From: Callorhinchus milii
Taxonomy: Eukaryota
Reading direction: 5' to 3'
Assembly (NCBI RefSeq): GCF_018977255.1
Contig: NW_024704742.1
Location: 138,820,001 to 138,884,000 of the forward strand
Length of the DNA stretch: 64,000 nt
The position numbers and the translations under genes are program-made. Under the pieces are notes generated by a model. That model did not search any database. It was given only the letters and a program-made list of their open reading frames with translations, and was not told where the DNA came from. Shown here one piece after another: positions 1 to 11,154 of this stretch. Numbering within the stretch: position 1 is the first letter of the stretch; every line of letters begins with the position of its first letter.

Positions 1-180
1 TCTCGGTGCGGTCTCACCAAAGCCCTATACAGTTGCAGCGAGACTTCCCTACTCTTGTACTCTAAACCTTTCGAAATGAACGCTAACTGCCGTTCGCCTT
101 CTTAGTTGCTGCTGCACTGCAAACTAACTTTTTGGGACTGGTGTACAAGACACCCAAATCCCTTTGAATACTAACATTAT

Positions 181-1027
181 TCGGCGTTTTGTTCGACCCT
201 GAGCTGTCCTTTCTCCCTCACATCCGCACCACAACTGGCACCGCCTTCCATCACCTCCGGAACATCGCCAGACTACGGCACTACCTCACCCCTCACTCGG
301 CTGAAACTCTGGTCCACGCCTTTGTCACCTCAAGGCCGGACTATGGGAACTCTCTCCTCGCCGGCCTTCCCGGCCCTCCCTCCACACTGCAGGTCATTCA
401 GAACTCTGCAGCTCGTGTACTGTCCCGCACCAGACACCGCGCCCACATCACTCCCACCCTCGCTCGCCTCCACTGGCTCCCCATCCCCCAGAGGATTGAT
501 TTCAAGATCCTCATCCTCACCTACAAGGCCATTCACGGCCTTGCTCCCTCCTACCTCTCCAACCTACTATCCCCCTACCTACCTGCCCGTACCCTCCGTT
601 CCTCTGGCTCCGGTCTGTTCCACGTCCCCCGCCCCAATCACCCTACCATTGGTGGTCGGGCTTTCAGCCTCTCAGCCCCTAGGCTCTGGAACTCTATCCC
701 CCAGTGCCTTCGCCGCTTCCTCCCTCTCCTCCTTCAAGGCCGGTCTCAAAACCTTTCTCTTTGACCAAGCCTTCAGCTCCCCTCTCGACTCTCTTCCCCC
801 TCCTCGCTCCCTCCCTTCCCTCACCCTGACCATTTCCCCCCTCCTCGCTCCCTCCCTTCCCTCCCCTCACCCTGACCATTTCCCCCCTCCTCGCTCCCTC
901 CCTTCCCTCCCCTCACCCTGACCATTTCCCCCCTGCTCGGGTCATGACCCAACTGTGCAGCGCCTTGGGATGTCCTCCTGACGTGAAAGGCGCTTTATAA
1001 ATGGAATCTTGTTGTTGTTGTTGTTGT
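181..1027 (+). mobile_element. L2-clade LINE, 5'-truncated, (TTG)n tail, 5-bp TSD attat
   Basis: ORF2 C-terminus (LVHAFVTSR.DY.NSLL, HITPTLARLHWLP, GGRAFS..APRLWNS); TSD at 176-180 and 1028-1032. Confidence 0.92.
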
Positions 1028-3204
1028 ATTATCTAACGTCTCCCCTTCCAGAAAATAATCTGTTCTTTTATTCTTGCTACCGAGGTGAATAATTTCACAC
1101 TTGCTAACATTGAATTCCATCTGCCACCTACTTGCCCACTCCCCGAGCCTATCTATATTCCGTTGCAATCTTTTTGCATCATCCTGAGAGCTCACTCTGC
1201 TCCCTAGTTTAGTATCATCCGCGAATTTAGACACATTACATTCAATGTCCTCGTCCAGATCATTGATGTAAATGGTAAATAGCTGAGGCCCAAGCACTGA
1301 TCCTTGTGGCACTCCACTAGTTACATCCTGCCAATTCGAGAATGATCCGTTTATCACTACTCTCTGCTTTCTACCCGATAGCCACTCTTCTATCCATGTT
1401 AATATTTTCCCATTAATCCCGTGGGCCTTGATCTTGAGTAACAGCCTTTTGTGTGGCACCTTGTCAAATGCCTTCCTAAAATCCAAATATACCACATCTA
1501 CTGGTTCCCCCTTATCCAACCTGCTGGATACATCCTCAAAAAATTCTAAAAGGTTAGTCAAGCATGACTTCCCTTTTGTAAAGCCATGTTGACTCTGCCT
1601 AATCTTTTTATGGTCTTCCAGGTATCCCATAACTACGTCTTTTATTAAGGACTCAAGAATTTTCCCTACAACTGACGTCAAACTAACTGGTCTATAGTTT
1701 TCCCTATTTTTTCTCCTGCACTTTTTAAATAGTGGAGTTACGTTTGCAATCTTCCAATCAATGGGAACTTTTCCAGTATCCACAGACTTTTGGAAGATTA
1801 TAGACATGCCATCCACTATCTCAGTAGCCACCTCCTTTAAAACTCTCGGATGCAGGCCATCCGGTCCAGGGGATTTATCGGTTTTAAGACCCGACAATTT
1901 ACCTAGAACCATCTCTTTACTAATGTTAATCTCCCTAAGTTGCTCGCTAACATTGTCTTCTTGGTCCTCTATTTTTGGTATGTTTCCAGTGTCTTCTACG
2001 GTGAAGACTGTAGAAAAATACTTGTTTAATGACTCTGCCATGTCTTTGTCCCCTATTATAATTCCTCCGGTCTCTGCCTGTAATGGACCCACATTCACCC
2101 TCGCTAGCCTTTTCCTCTTTATATATTTGTAAAAACTCTTGGAGTCTGTTTTTATGTTCTTTGCTAGTTTGCCCTCGTAATCTATTTTCTCCCTCTTGAT
2201 CAATTTTTTGGTCCTCCTCTGTTGTTCCCTAAAGTTCTCCCAATCCTCGGGTTTACTACTCATCTTCGCTGTTTTATAGGCTTTTTCTTTTGATTTGATA
2301 CTTTCCCTAACTGCTCTAGTTAGCCATGGCTGCACCACCTTTCCCATGGCATTCTTATTCCTCAAAGGAATATGTGCTCGTTGGGAATTTTGCACTATCT
2401 CCTTGAATGTCTGCCATTGCTGGTCTACCGTCAAATCTTTAAGTTTAGTCTCCCAGTTTATTCTGGCTAAATCCTCTCTCATACCAGCAAAGTTGGCTCG
2501 ATTTAAATTGAAGACTTTTGCTTCAGACTTAACTACTTCCCTCTCTAACTTAACGCTAAATTCCATCATATTATGATCGCTTTGCCCGAGAGGAGCCTTA
2601 AGTTCCAGTTTGCTGATCAGCCCTGTTTCATTACACAAAACAAGGTCTAATATGGCTTGTTCCCTGGTCGGCTCCTCAGCATATTGATCTAGAAAATTAT
2701 CTCTAATACATTCTATAAACTCCTCTTCTATGTTACCTTTCCCAATTTGGTTGTCCCAGTCTATGTGCAGGTTAAAATCACCCACAATTAGTGTCTTTCC
2801 TTTGCTACATGCTCCACTAATCTCTTGATTTATACCTTGAGCGATACTTTGACCACTGTTTGGGGGTCTATAAACTACTCCCACTATAGTTTTTTGCCCC
2901 TTGAAGTTACGTATCTCTACCCATACTGACTCTACATCTTGCTTTTCAGATTTAAAATCTTTCCTCTCTACTGTTTTTATCCCATCCTTTATTAGCAGGG
3001 CCACTCCCCCTCCTCGTTTACCACATCGCCTATCTTTCCTATATACCACGTAGCCGGGAATATTCAGTTCCCATCCCTGATCACCCTGTAACCATGTCTC
3101 GGTGATGGCTACTGGATCATACCGGTTTGTCTCTATTTGTGCAACTAATTCATCTATCTTGTTATGAATGCTTCGTGCATTCAGATATAGCGCCTTTAAT
3201 TCCG
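1028..3204 (-). pseudogene. CR1 ORF2 (APE endonuclease + reverse transcriptase), open for about 720 codons; C-terminus disrupted by L2 insertion, N-terminus frameshifted near 3205
   Basis: ORF 995..3049 plus upstream in-frame ELKALYLNARS..ITETW; about 7 bp shorter at ~3205 than the copy at 13960-13985. Confidence 0.88.
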
Positions 3205-3365
3205 GCTATTAACCCTGTTCACCAGCACTCTATCACTGTACTTCCTTACCCGGCTTGACACACTTTGCTCTTCTCCCTTGTTAATCTGCTCTCTTGCTTT
3301 TGTTGATCTCAAGTTTAACTGTGGTGGACTATACTTTACTATGTTTTTACCTTCCCCCCCCCCCC

Positions 3366-4304
3366 TTAGTAGTTTAAAGCCCTTTCTACCTCCCTATTTA
3401 TTCGCGTAGCCAGGACATTTGTCCCAGCCCTATTTAGGTGGAGCCCATTCCTTTGGAAAAGCTCCCATCTTCCCCAATACTCGTGCCAGTGGCCCATGAA
3501 TTGGAATTCCTGCTCTCCGCACCACTCTTTTAGCCAGGCATTCAGAGCTATGATCTTCTTTTGCCTGTACCAATTAGCTCCTGGCTCAGGTAACAGTCCC
3601 GATATCATCACTTTGGAAGTTCTATTCCTTAGTTTAATTCCCAATTCTTGGAACTCGCTCCTTAACTCGTCCCTACTGGTCCTACCAATGTCATTGGTCC
3701 CTATATATACCATTACGATTGGATCCTCTCTCTCATGCCTCAAATTTATCTCCAGCCCGGCGGTGACATCCTTCACCCTGGCCCCAGGAAGACAACAGAG
3801 TCTTCTTGTCTCCCTGCTACGGCTACAGAAAACTGTATCAGTCCTCCCGACTGTCTCATCCCCAATAAGAATTACATTTTTAACCTCCTGCACAAGGGTG
3901 TTGGGGTCAGTTTGCCCGTCTTCCTCGCAGATTTCCTTGTCCACACAGGTTGCCAATATTTCATACCTGTCAGACAAGGCTAAAGTCTGGGATTCTTCAG
4001 CCTCTCTCTTTCGGGAACGCTTGTCTGCCCGCCTGACTGTCACCCAGTCATGTCCGTCGCTGCTACATTCTTCTTCCTTGGGACTAAGGGGAGTGTCCAG
4101 CTCCAGGATAAAGCTGTCCAGGAAGTTTTCTCCATCCCTAATGCTGCACAGCGTCTCCACCTGAGACTCCAGCTCAGCTACTCTCAGCTGGAGCTCTCTG
4201 ATTTCCAGACACTTGCGGTAGACGAAGTCGCCCGGACTTAAGGCATCCTCCATTGACTCCCACATGTGACAGACCTCGCAGTTTACCTGCCACACCATCT
4301 TCAC
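3366..4304 (-). CDS. CR1 ORF1p: N-terminal Cys zinc-finger-like motif, leucine zipper, SGNH-type esterase-like domain
   Basis: 312-aa open ORF; CEVC..KC motif, LQLRVAELESQVETL heptads, IGDE..V / PGARV / IGTND / NGLHLN motifs. Confidence 0.85.
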   Translation of the reverse strand: MKMVWQVNCEVCHMWESMEDALSPGDFVYRKCLEIRELQLRVAELESQVETLCSIRDGENFLDSFILELDTPLSPKEEECSSDGHDWVTVRRADKRSRKREAEESQTLALSDRYEILATCVDKEICEEDGQTDPNTLVQEVKNVILIGDETVGRTDTVFCSRSRETRRLCCLPGARVKDVTAGLEINLRHEREDPIVMVYIGTNDIGRTSRDELRSEFQELGIKLRNRTSKVMISGLLPEPGANWYRQKKIIALNAWLKEWCGEQEFQFMGHWHEYWGRWELFQRNGLHLNRAGTNVLATRINREVERALNY

Positions 4305-4869
4305 AAACTTTATATAGATACAAAGATATATAGCCTGCCCCCACTTAACCCTCTGCAGCTAATTCCCACTCTCACCAAATTCCCTCACTCCGGACATAGC
4401 TCACTCTGGGCTCTCGCAGCTATCTCCTATTTATATTTTCTGGGTGCAACCCGTTTCTGATTTGCTCAGCAGTGATTTGGAATTAACGCCTAATCAAGTG
4501 AATAATCAATAAATTAATTTAATCAATAAGTTATTTGTTATTGGCTCGGCTTAATTGGCTACAGCTGCTCCCTGTAAAGTTACCCTACAAGACCAATGTA
4601 CCAATGGTATCAGCAATTTTAAATAACACAAGACTTAAAACAACTACAACAACTACTACAAGACTTGAATAACAACAACAAATTGGGTTATGTACTCACG
4701 ATAGCAGTTTTCACGACACTCACAGCAGCAATTCCCACTCTCACCAAATTCCCTCACACTCTGGCCTCGCCTCACTCCGGACGTAGCTCACTTTGGGCTC
4801 TCGGCTCGAGACTCTGGGCTCTCGACTCGAGACTCTGCCGCCCACTTACTGACCTGAACCAAACTCAGT

Positions 4870-5303
4870 CCCCGCATCTCACCAGCTCTGGCCCAGACTC
4901 CACTGGCTCCCCATCACTGAACAGATCGACTTCAAGGTCCTCTCACTCTCGTGTTCAAATCCCTTCACTCCTTGGCCGCTCCCTCCCTCTCTGAACCCCT
5001 CACTCCCGAATCCACACCCGGCATCTCCGCTCAACCATCACCGGCTCCTGCTCGTCTCTCGCACCCTCCGCCCCATTATCGGTGGTTATGTTTTCAGCCA
5101 CTGCATTCCCAAACTCTGGAACACTCTCCCTTAATCCCTCCGCCTTGGTCCCCCTTTCCGAAGTCCTGCCTGAAAACCTTCCTTTTCAACCGTGCTTATG
5201 ATCACCCCCACCGCTCCCCCCTGGCTCGGAGTCAGGCTCCACTGTTAAATGTCTGAAGCACTCCCTGCTTGGAGGGCGCTAGCGCTATACAAGAGCAAGT
5301 TGT
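4870..5303 (+). mobile_element. Older L2 3' fragment
   Basis: Degenerate LHWLP..RIDFK..LWN region and gcgctata..gcaagttg tail. Confidence 0.75.
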
Positions 5304-5959
5304 AAAGGAACAGGAGTAGGCCATTCAACTCCAATCTGTACCTCAGATCTGTACCTCAACTCCAATTACACGCCTTTGCCCCATATCCCTTGATCCCCTG
5401 ACCTAACAAATAACTATGCACCTCAGGCTTCAAAATGTGAATGGATCCAGCCATAATCCACAGCCTTTTGGGGGACAGCGAGAGAGAGAGAGAGTTCCAG
5501 ATTCCCACTGGCCTTTGGATGAAAACCTGCCTCTGATTTCACTCCTAAATGGCCTGGCTCTAATTTTAAGATGATGTCCCTTGTTCTGGATTCACCACCA
5601 GAGGAAAGAGCTGTGCGCAATTGGCTGCTGCGTTTCGCCCACAAAATATACAGTCAATGCATTTTACAGTATATTCTGTGAAGCACTTTGAGACATCTCG
5701 AAGACATGATAAGGCGCTGTATCAAATGCAAGGATATTAGTATTAATGGATTTCCTTTCTACTTCTCACAAATCTTTCTTAATTTTCCGTTGCAGAAACG
5801 AGCAATGTGTCATAAAATGTAGCCCAGGTAAGTTGCTGGATGAAGTAACAATTCGATGTGTCAGTTGTGTGCACTGTATGGTCACAGATACCTGCACTTC
5901 TTTAAGCAAAGTCCTTTAACCAATTGAATGTTTTCTCAGCATGTCTTCCAGAATTCTAG

Positions 5960-6250
5960 CCAGTTTGCACACAGTGACATCCCACAAGCAGCCATGAAGA
6001 GATTGATTAGTTTTATTCGGGGGGGTTGTTAGACAGGACACGAGGAGAGAGAGAAACTGCATTTGCTTTTCAAATTGTGCCATCTGAATATACAAACGGG
6101 GACCTCAGTTTAACGTCTCATTTGAAAGTCGGCCAGTCCAACAATGAAGCGCACCCCCAGGACTGCATTGGAGTGTCTGCTCCCATTATATCCGGTCCAA
6201 GGCCTAACATGGGGTTTGAACCCACAACCTCCTGGCGGGAGATGTTGAGC
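5960..6250 (-). mobile_element. Old DeuSINE-like (SacSINE1-like) fragment
   Basis: ggacctcagtttaacgtctcatttgaaag..ctgcattggagtgtc..tttgaacccacaacc core, similar to 21165-21545. Confidence 0.6.
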
Positions 6251-6683
6251 AGATTGAAGGCTTTAATGACACAGTTGCCTGGGGAGAGATGGACTCCACA
6301 CGTGGAGCCTGGCCAACTCACTTCAAAGCTGCCCTCCTAGCGTTGGGCAACAGGACTCTCTCTGAGACACGCGCCCATCAGTGTTTCACAGTGCAATCAA
6401 TTGTGGTGTCTATCTACAAGACGAAGGGACCCTAGTGAGACCGATAACTTCACAGGGATCTCACTGTGATTCAGTGGCTCTTAAGGTGATGCTTTGACAC
6501 ACAGCCACAGGCACACACACAAACAGACAGACTTTCAGACAGACACAGAAAAATGGGAAGAGGGAAAGTGTCACAGGGTGGGAATATTTCAGGTTTGGAC
6601 TATTATCTTGACCGTTTTTTAGGTGATACTATTGGAAAAGAGTAGTTACTTTCTCTTGGTCAGAAATGCTCCAGATAAGGGTG

Positions 6684-7250
6684 CAGTCCTGTAGTTCAGT
6701 GTTAGAGCACTCACCTTGCAAGCAGTAAGTAGGAACCCGATTGTTAATGATTGGCGGCTCGCTTTTCTGGGGGTAATAATTCCTTCAAAAAAAATTGGGG
6801 TCATTCAATCCATGACTGTGTGTGGGACATTGCTGTGCACAGTAGGCGTCTCAAATATACTATAAAGTGAATTGACTGTATTTTGTGGGTGAAACCCGCC
6901 AGTCAGTTGTGCACAGCAGTGTCCCACAAACAGTTGTGGATTGAAGTGACCAATTTTCTTTTGAGGAACTATGACCCCTGGAAAGCGATCCACCAATCAA
7001 CTAACAACTGGGTTCCTACATACTGCTAGGTAAACAGAGGTGTTTGGAGCAAGGAAACTTGCCTAACATTTCGCCCTGCCTGGGAATCGAACCCAGGTCT
7101 CTCGCTTGCAGGGCAAGTGCTCTAATCACTGAGCTACAGGACTCCATAAAATATACAGTCAATTCACTTTACAATATATTCTTTGAAGCCCTTTGAGACA
7201 TCTCCAAAACGTGATAAGGTGTTATGTAAAATGCAAGTATTATTATTATT
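6684..7250. mobile_element. tRNA-derived SINE (+) with a second copy of the same SINE nested in inverted orientation (~6846-7146)
   Basis: Two tRNA-like heads (gtcctgtagttcagt..; reverse gagctacaggactcc at ~7131-7145), shared body, (ATT)n tail at ~7240-7250. Confidence 0.8.
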
Positions 7251-7562
7251 AGTTCATCATTCCATTTCCGGCTGTTTGTATGGACTTTCTTGGGGAGAAA
7301 TTCCACCTGGGTCAACAATTATTCTTGTTATATGCATATCAGAAAGTCAAAACATTGGAAAATTCTTAAAAATAATTGTCACTTGGAAGTTGTTTTCTGT
7401 AAATTTAAAGCAAATAAGAATAATCCTTGCAGTTCAATATGAAAATTTCTCTTAAGAACTACAGAAACTACTACTTGATTAGGTGTTAATTCCAAATTAC
7501 TGCTGAGCAATCAGAAACTGGTTGCACCCAGGGAGTATAAAGAGGAGATAGCTGCAAGAGCC

Positions 7563-8418
7563 TCACTGGAGCTGTACTCTCCACCTCTCAAAGCCATCAG
7601 GAACCTCGGTGTTCTGTTCGACCCTGAGCTGTCCTTTCTCCCTCATATCCGCGCCACAACTGGCACCGCCTTCCATCACCTCCAGAACATCGCCAGACTA
7701 TGGCACTACCTCACCCCTCATGCGGCTGACACTCTGGTCCACACCTTTATCACCTCAAGGCCGGACTATGGGACCTCTCTCCTCGTCGGCCTTCCCGGCC
7801 CTCCCTCCACACTGCAGGTCATTCAGAACTCTGCAGCTCGTGTACTGTCCCGCACCAGGCTTCGCGCCCACATCACTCCCACCCTCGCCCTCACTCCCAC
7901 CCTCACTCCCACCCTCGCCCTCACTCCCACCCTTACCTTCGCCCTCGCTTGCCTCCACTGGCTCCCCATCCCCCAGAGGATCGATTCCAAGATCCTCATC
8001 CTCACCTACAAGGCCATTCACGGCCTCCCTCCCTCCTACCTCTCCGACCTACTATCCCCCTACCTACCTTCCCGTACCCTCCATTCCTCTGGCTCCGGTC
8101 TGCTCCACATCCCCCGCCCCAACCACCCTACCATCGGTGGCCGGGCCTTCAGCCTCTCAGCCCCTAGGCTCTGGAACTCTATCCCCCAGTGCCTTCGCCT
8201 TGCCTCCTCCCTTTCCTCCTTCAAGGCCGGTCTCAAGACCTTTCTCTTTGACCGTGCCTTCAGCTCACCTCTCAACTCTCTACCCCCTCCTCGCTCCCTC
8301 CTTTCCCTCCCCTCATCCTGACCATTTCCCCCTTGCTCGAGTTCTGACCCAACTGTACAGCGCCTTGGGACGTCCTCCCAACGTGAAAGGCGCTCTATAA
8401 ATGGAATCTTGTTGTTGT
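7563..8418 (+). mobile_element. L2 3' fragment inserted in the 5' end of CR1-B
   Basis: Highly similar to 181-1027; (TTG)n tail; CR1 5' sequence on both sides. Confidence 0.9.
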
Positions 8419-8419
8419 G

Positions 8420-10386
8420 GAGCAGAGAGCCCAGAGTGAGCTACGTCCGGAGTGAGGCGAGGCCAGAGTGTGAGGGAATTTGGTGAGAGTGGGAATTAGC
8501 TGCAGAGGGGGAAGTAGGTTATATATCTGAGGGGAAGTAAGAGGAGATAGATAATGGCCTGGCAGGTGATGTGCGAGGAATGTGGTATGTGGGAGTTGAT
8601 GGAGGGCAACCTGAGCCCAGGTGACTTCATCTGTAGCAAATGTTTGCAACTGAGGAAGCTCCAACTTAGAATAGCTGAGCTGGAGTCTCAGGTGCAGACA
8701 CTGCGCTCCATCAGGAACAGTGAGAGGTTCCTGGACAGCATGGTGGAGGAGACCCTCATTACCCTAGGACTCAGTTATAGCAGCCCATCGCTGTATAGGA
8801 GCCATGAGAGAGGGGTACTGGAGCTATCGGGAGGTCAGAGTTCAAGAAAAGGACCACTCCCAGAGGAGCCCAACACACAGCCACCTTTCATTCATGCTAA
8901 AAGTGATTAGGTGACACTGCGACGGGGCAAGAAGAGGGCTTGTTCAAGGCAGAGCACCCCCAACAGAGTACCAGTCTCTAATCAGTACTCAACATTAGCT
9001 ATCGAGAGCGTGGAAGCCTCTTATGAGGACAGCAGTGGACATTCTGTCTAACAGGACAAAGGCATGGTTCACAAGGGCAATACAGTTGTGACAGGGGATT
9101 CAACAGTAAGAGGCACTGATAGGATCTTCTGTAATCAGAATCGTGAGGCTAGGATGGTTTGCTGCCTTCCTGGTGCAAGGGTAGTGGACTTCACAGAGCG
9201 CATGGACAAGATTCTTCGGGGGGAAGGAGAATATCCAGAAGTCGTGGTCAATGTGGGGACCCACAATATTGGTAAGAAGAGGGCTGAGATGCTCCAGGGC
9301 GAGTATCAAAAGCTGGGGAGCAACTCAAGTTCAGAACATCCAAGGTGGTGATCTCTGGGTTACTCCCGGTACCTCGGGCAACAAGGCACCATAATGAAAG
9401 GATCAGGCGCATGAACGATTGGCTGGAGAAATGGTCCGGAAAAGAACTACTGGAGGAGGTGGGATCTTTACCTTGAGGATGGGCGGCACTTAAGCAAGGC
9501 AGGGGTGAGCTACCTTGCCAAGAGATTATCAAATGCTGTAGGGGCGGATTTAAACTGGTGTCGAGGGGGGATGGGTATCCAATGGATTAGAGATTAGAGG
9601 AAAACGACAAGTGGGAAGTATAGAGCAGGTACAAGCAGACAATTTCCTCAAATGCATGTACCTAAATGCACATAGCTTAAGGAATAAGGTTGATGAGCTG
9701 CAGGTTCAATTGGCCGTAGGGGGTTACGATGTGGCGGCTGTAGCCAAGACATGGCTCAGGACAGGAATGGGAGTTAAATATTCCAGGATATAATGTGTTC
9801 AAGGATAGAGAAGGAAGAAAAGGAGGAGGGGTGGCAATATTAGTTAAGCATACAATTATAGCTGTAGAAAGGAACGAGGCTCTGGAGGGCCCGACAACAG
9901 AATCCATCTGGTTAGAGTTAAGAAATAAGAAAGGAGTGGTTACACTGATGGGAGTTTACTATAGACCACCAGACAGCGGGAAGGAGATAGAGGAGCAGAT
10001 CTGCAACCAGATCGCGGATAGATGTAAGGCAAACAGAGTTGTGATAATGGGAGATTTCAATTATCCCAATATAGACTGGCAAAATAGTAGCGCTAAGGGC
10101 AAGACAGGAGAAAGATTCATAGACTGTGTGCAGGAAAATTTTCTTGAGCAGTATGCTTCCAATCCTACGAGGAAGGAAGCATTGCTGGATTTAGTTCTGG
10201 GGAATGAAATAGGTCAGGTTGAACAGGTTTCGGTAGGGGAGCATCTAAGTAACAGTGACCATAATATTATTAGATTTAGATTACTCATGAACAGGGACAA
10301 AGTACAGTTAAGGGTGAAAATACTTGACCGGAAAAGGGCTAATTTTGATGGGCTAAAAAGGGACCTAGAGTTGGTGGACTGGCAAG
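8420..10386 (+). mobile_element. CR1-B: 5' unit, decayed ORF1 and ORF2 endonuclease, 3'-truncated; its upstream promoter segment lies at ~7475-7562
   Basis: ORFs 8554.., 9064.., 9611.., 9795.. carry zinc-finger, esterase (GDSTV, LPGARV) and APE (YRPP, GDFN, SDH) motifs. Confidence 0.88.
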
Positions 10387-10398
10387 TGAGACGAGCAG

Positions 10399-11043
10399 AT
10401 TCCATTTCCGGCTGTTTGTATGGACTTTCTTGGGGAGAAATTCCACCTGGGTCAACAATTATTCTTGTTATATGCATATCAGAAAGTCAAAACATTGGAA
10501 AATTCTTAAAAATAATTGTCACTTGGAAGTTGTTTTCTGTAAATTTAAAGCAAATAAGAATAATCCTTGCAGTTCAATATGAAAATTTCTCTTAAGAACT
10601 ACAGAAACTACTACTTGATTAGGTGTTAATTCCAAATTACTGCTGAGCAATCAGAAACTGGTTGCACCCAGGGAGTATAAAGAGGAGATAGCTGCAAGAG
10701 CCTCACTGGAGCTGTACTCTCCACCTCTCAAAGCCATCAGGAACCTCGGTGTTCTGTTCGACCCTGAGCTGTCCTTTCTCCCTCATATCCGCGCCACAAC
10801 TGGCACCGCCTTCCATCACCTCCAGAACATCGCCAGACTATGGCACTACCTCACCCCTCATGCGGCTGACACTCTGGTCCACACCTTTATCACCTCAAGG
10901 CCGGACTATGGGACCTCTCTCCTCGTCGGCCTTCCCGGCCCTCCCTCCACACTGCAGGTCATTCAGAACTCTGCAGCTCGTGTACTGTCCCGCACCAGGC
11001 TTCGCGCCCACATCACTCCCACCCTCGCCCTCACTCCCACCCT
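10399..11043 (+). repeat. 645-bp direct duplication of 7259-7903
   Basis: Appears identical by eye at offset 3140; spans unique DNA, the CR1 promoter piece and part of an L2. Confidence 0.92.
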
Positions 11044-11154
11044 AAATATACAGTCAATTCACTTTACAGCATATTCTGTGGAGTGCTTTGAGATGTGTAG
11101 AAGACGTGAAAAGCACTATATCAAATGCAAGGAATATTATTATTATTATTATTC

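Larger units (their letters stand above)
1..4840 (-). mobile_element. CR1-clade LINE (CR1-A), near full length, interrupted by an L2 at 181-1027; its 3' end runs off the window
   Basis: 5' unit, ORF1 3366-4304, ORF2 with APE endonuclease (YRPP, GDFN, SDH) and RT ([19 protein letters not shown]); CR1 ORF2 sequence resumes at 1-180. Confidence 0.93.

Noticed and set aside
995..3049. Intact 684-aa RT gene ending TTTTTTRFHL
   Set aside because: The tail is the antisense L2 (TTG)n insertion; CR1 ORF2 is interrupted, not a domesticated gene
6385..6470. CACAGTG / CACTGTG heptamers suggesting V(D)J recombination signals
   Set aside because: Nonamers match poorly and no V/D/J-like coding segment is adjacent
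9795..10595. Endonuclease fused in frame to a novel hydrophobic tail
   Set aside because: Accidental fusion at the duplication junction; the endonuclease N-terminus is frameshifted near 9765
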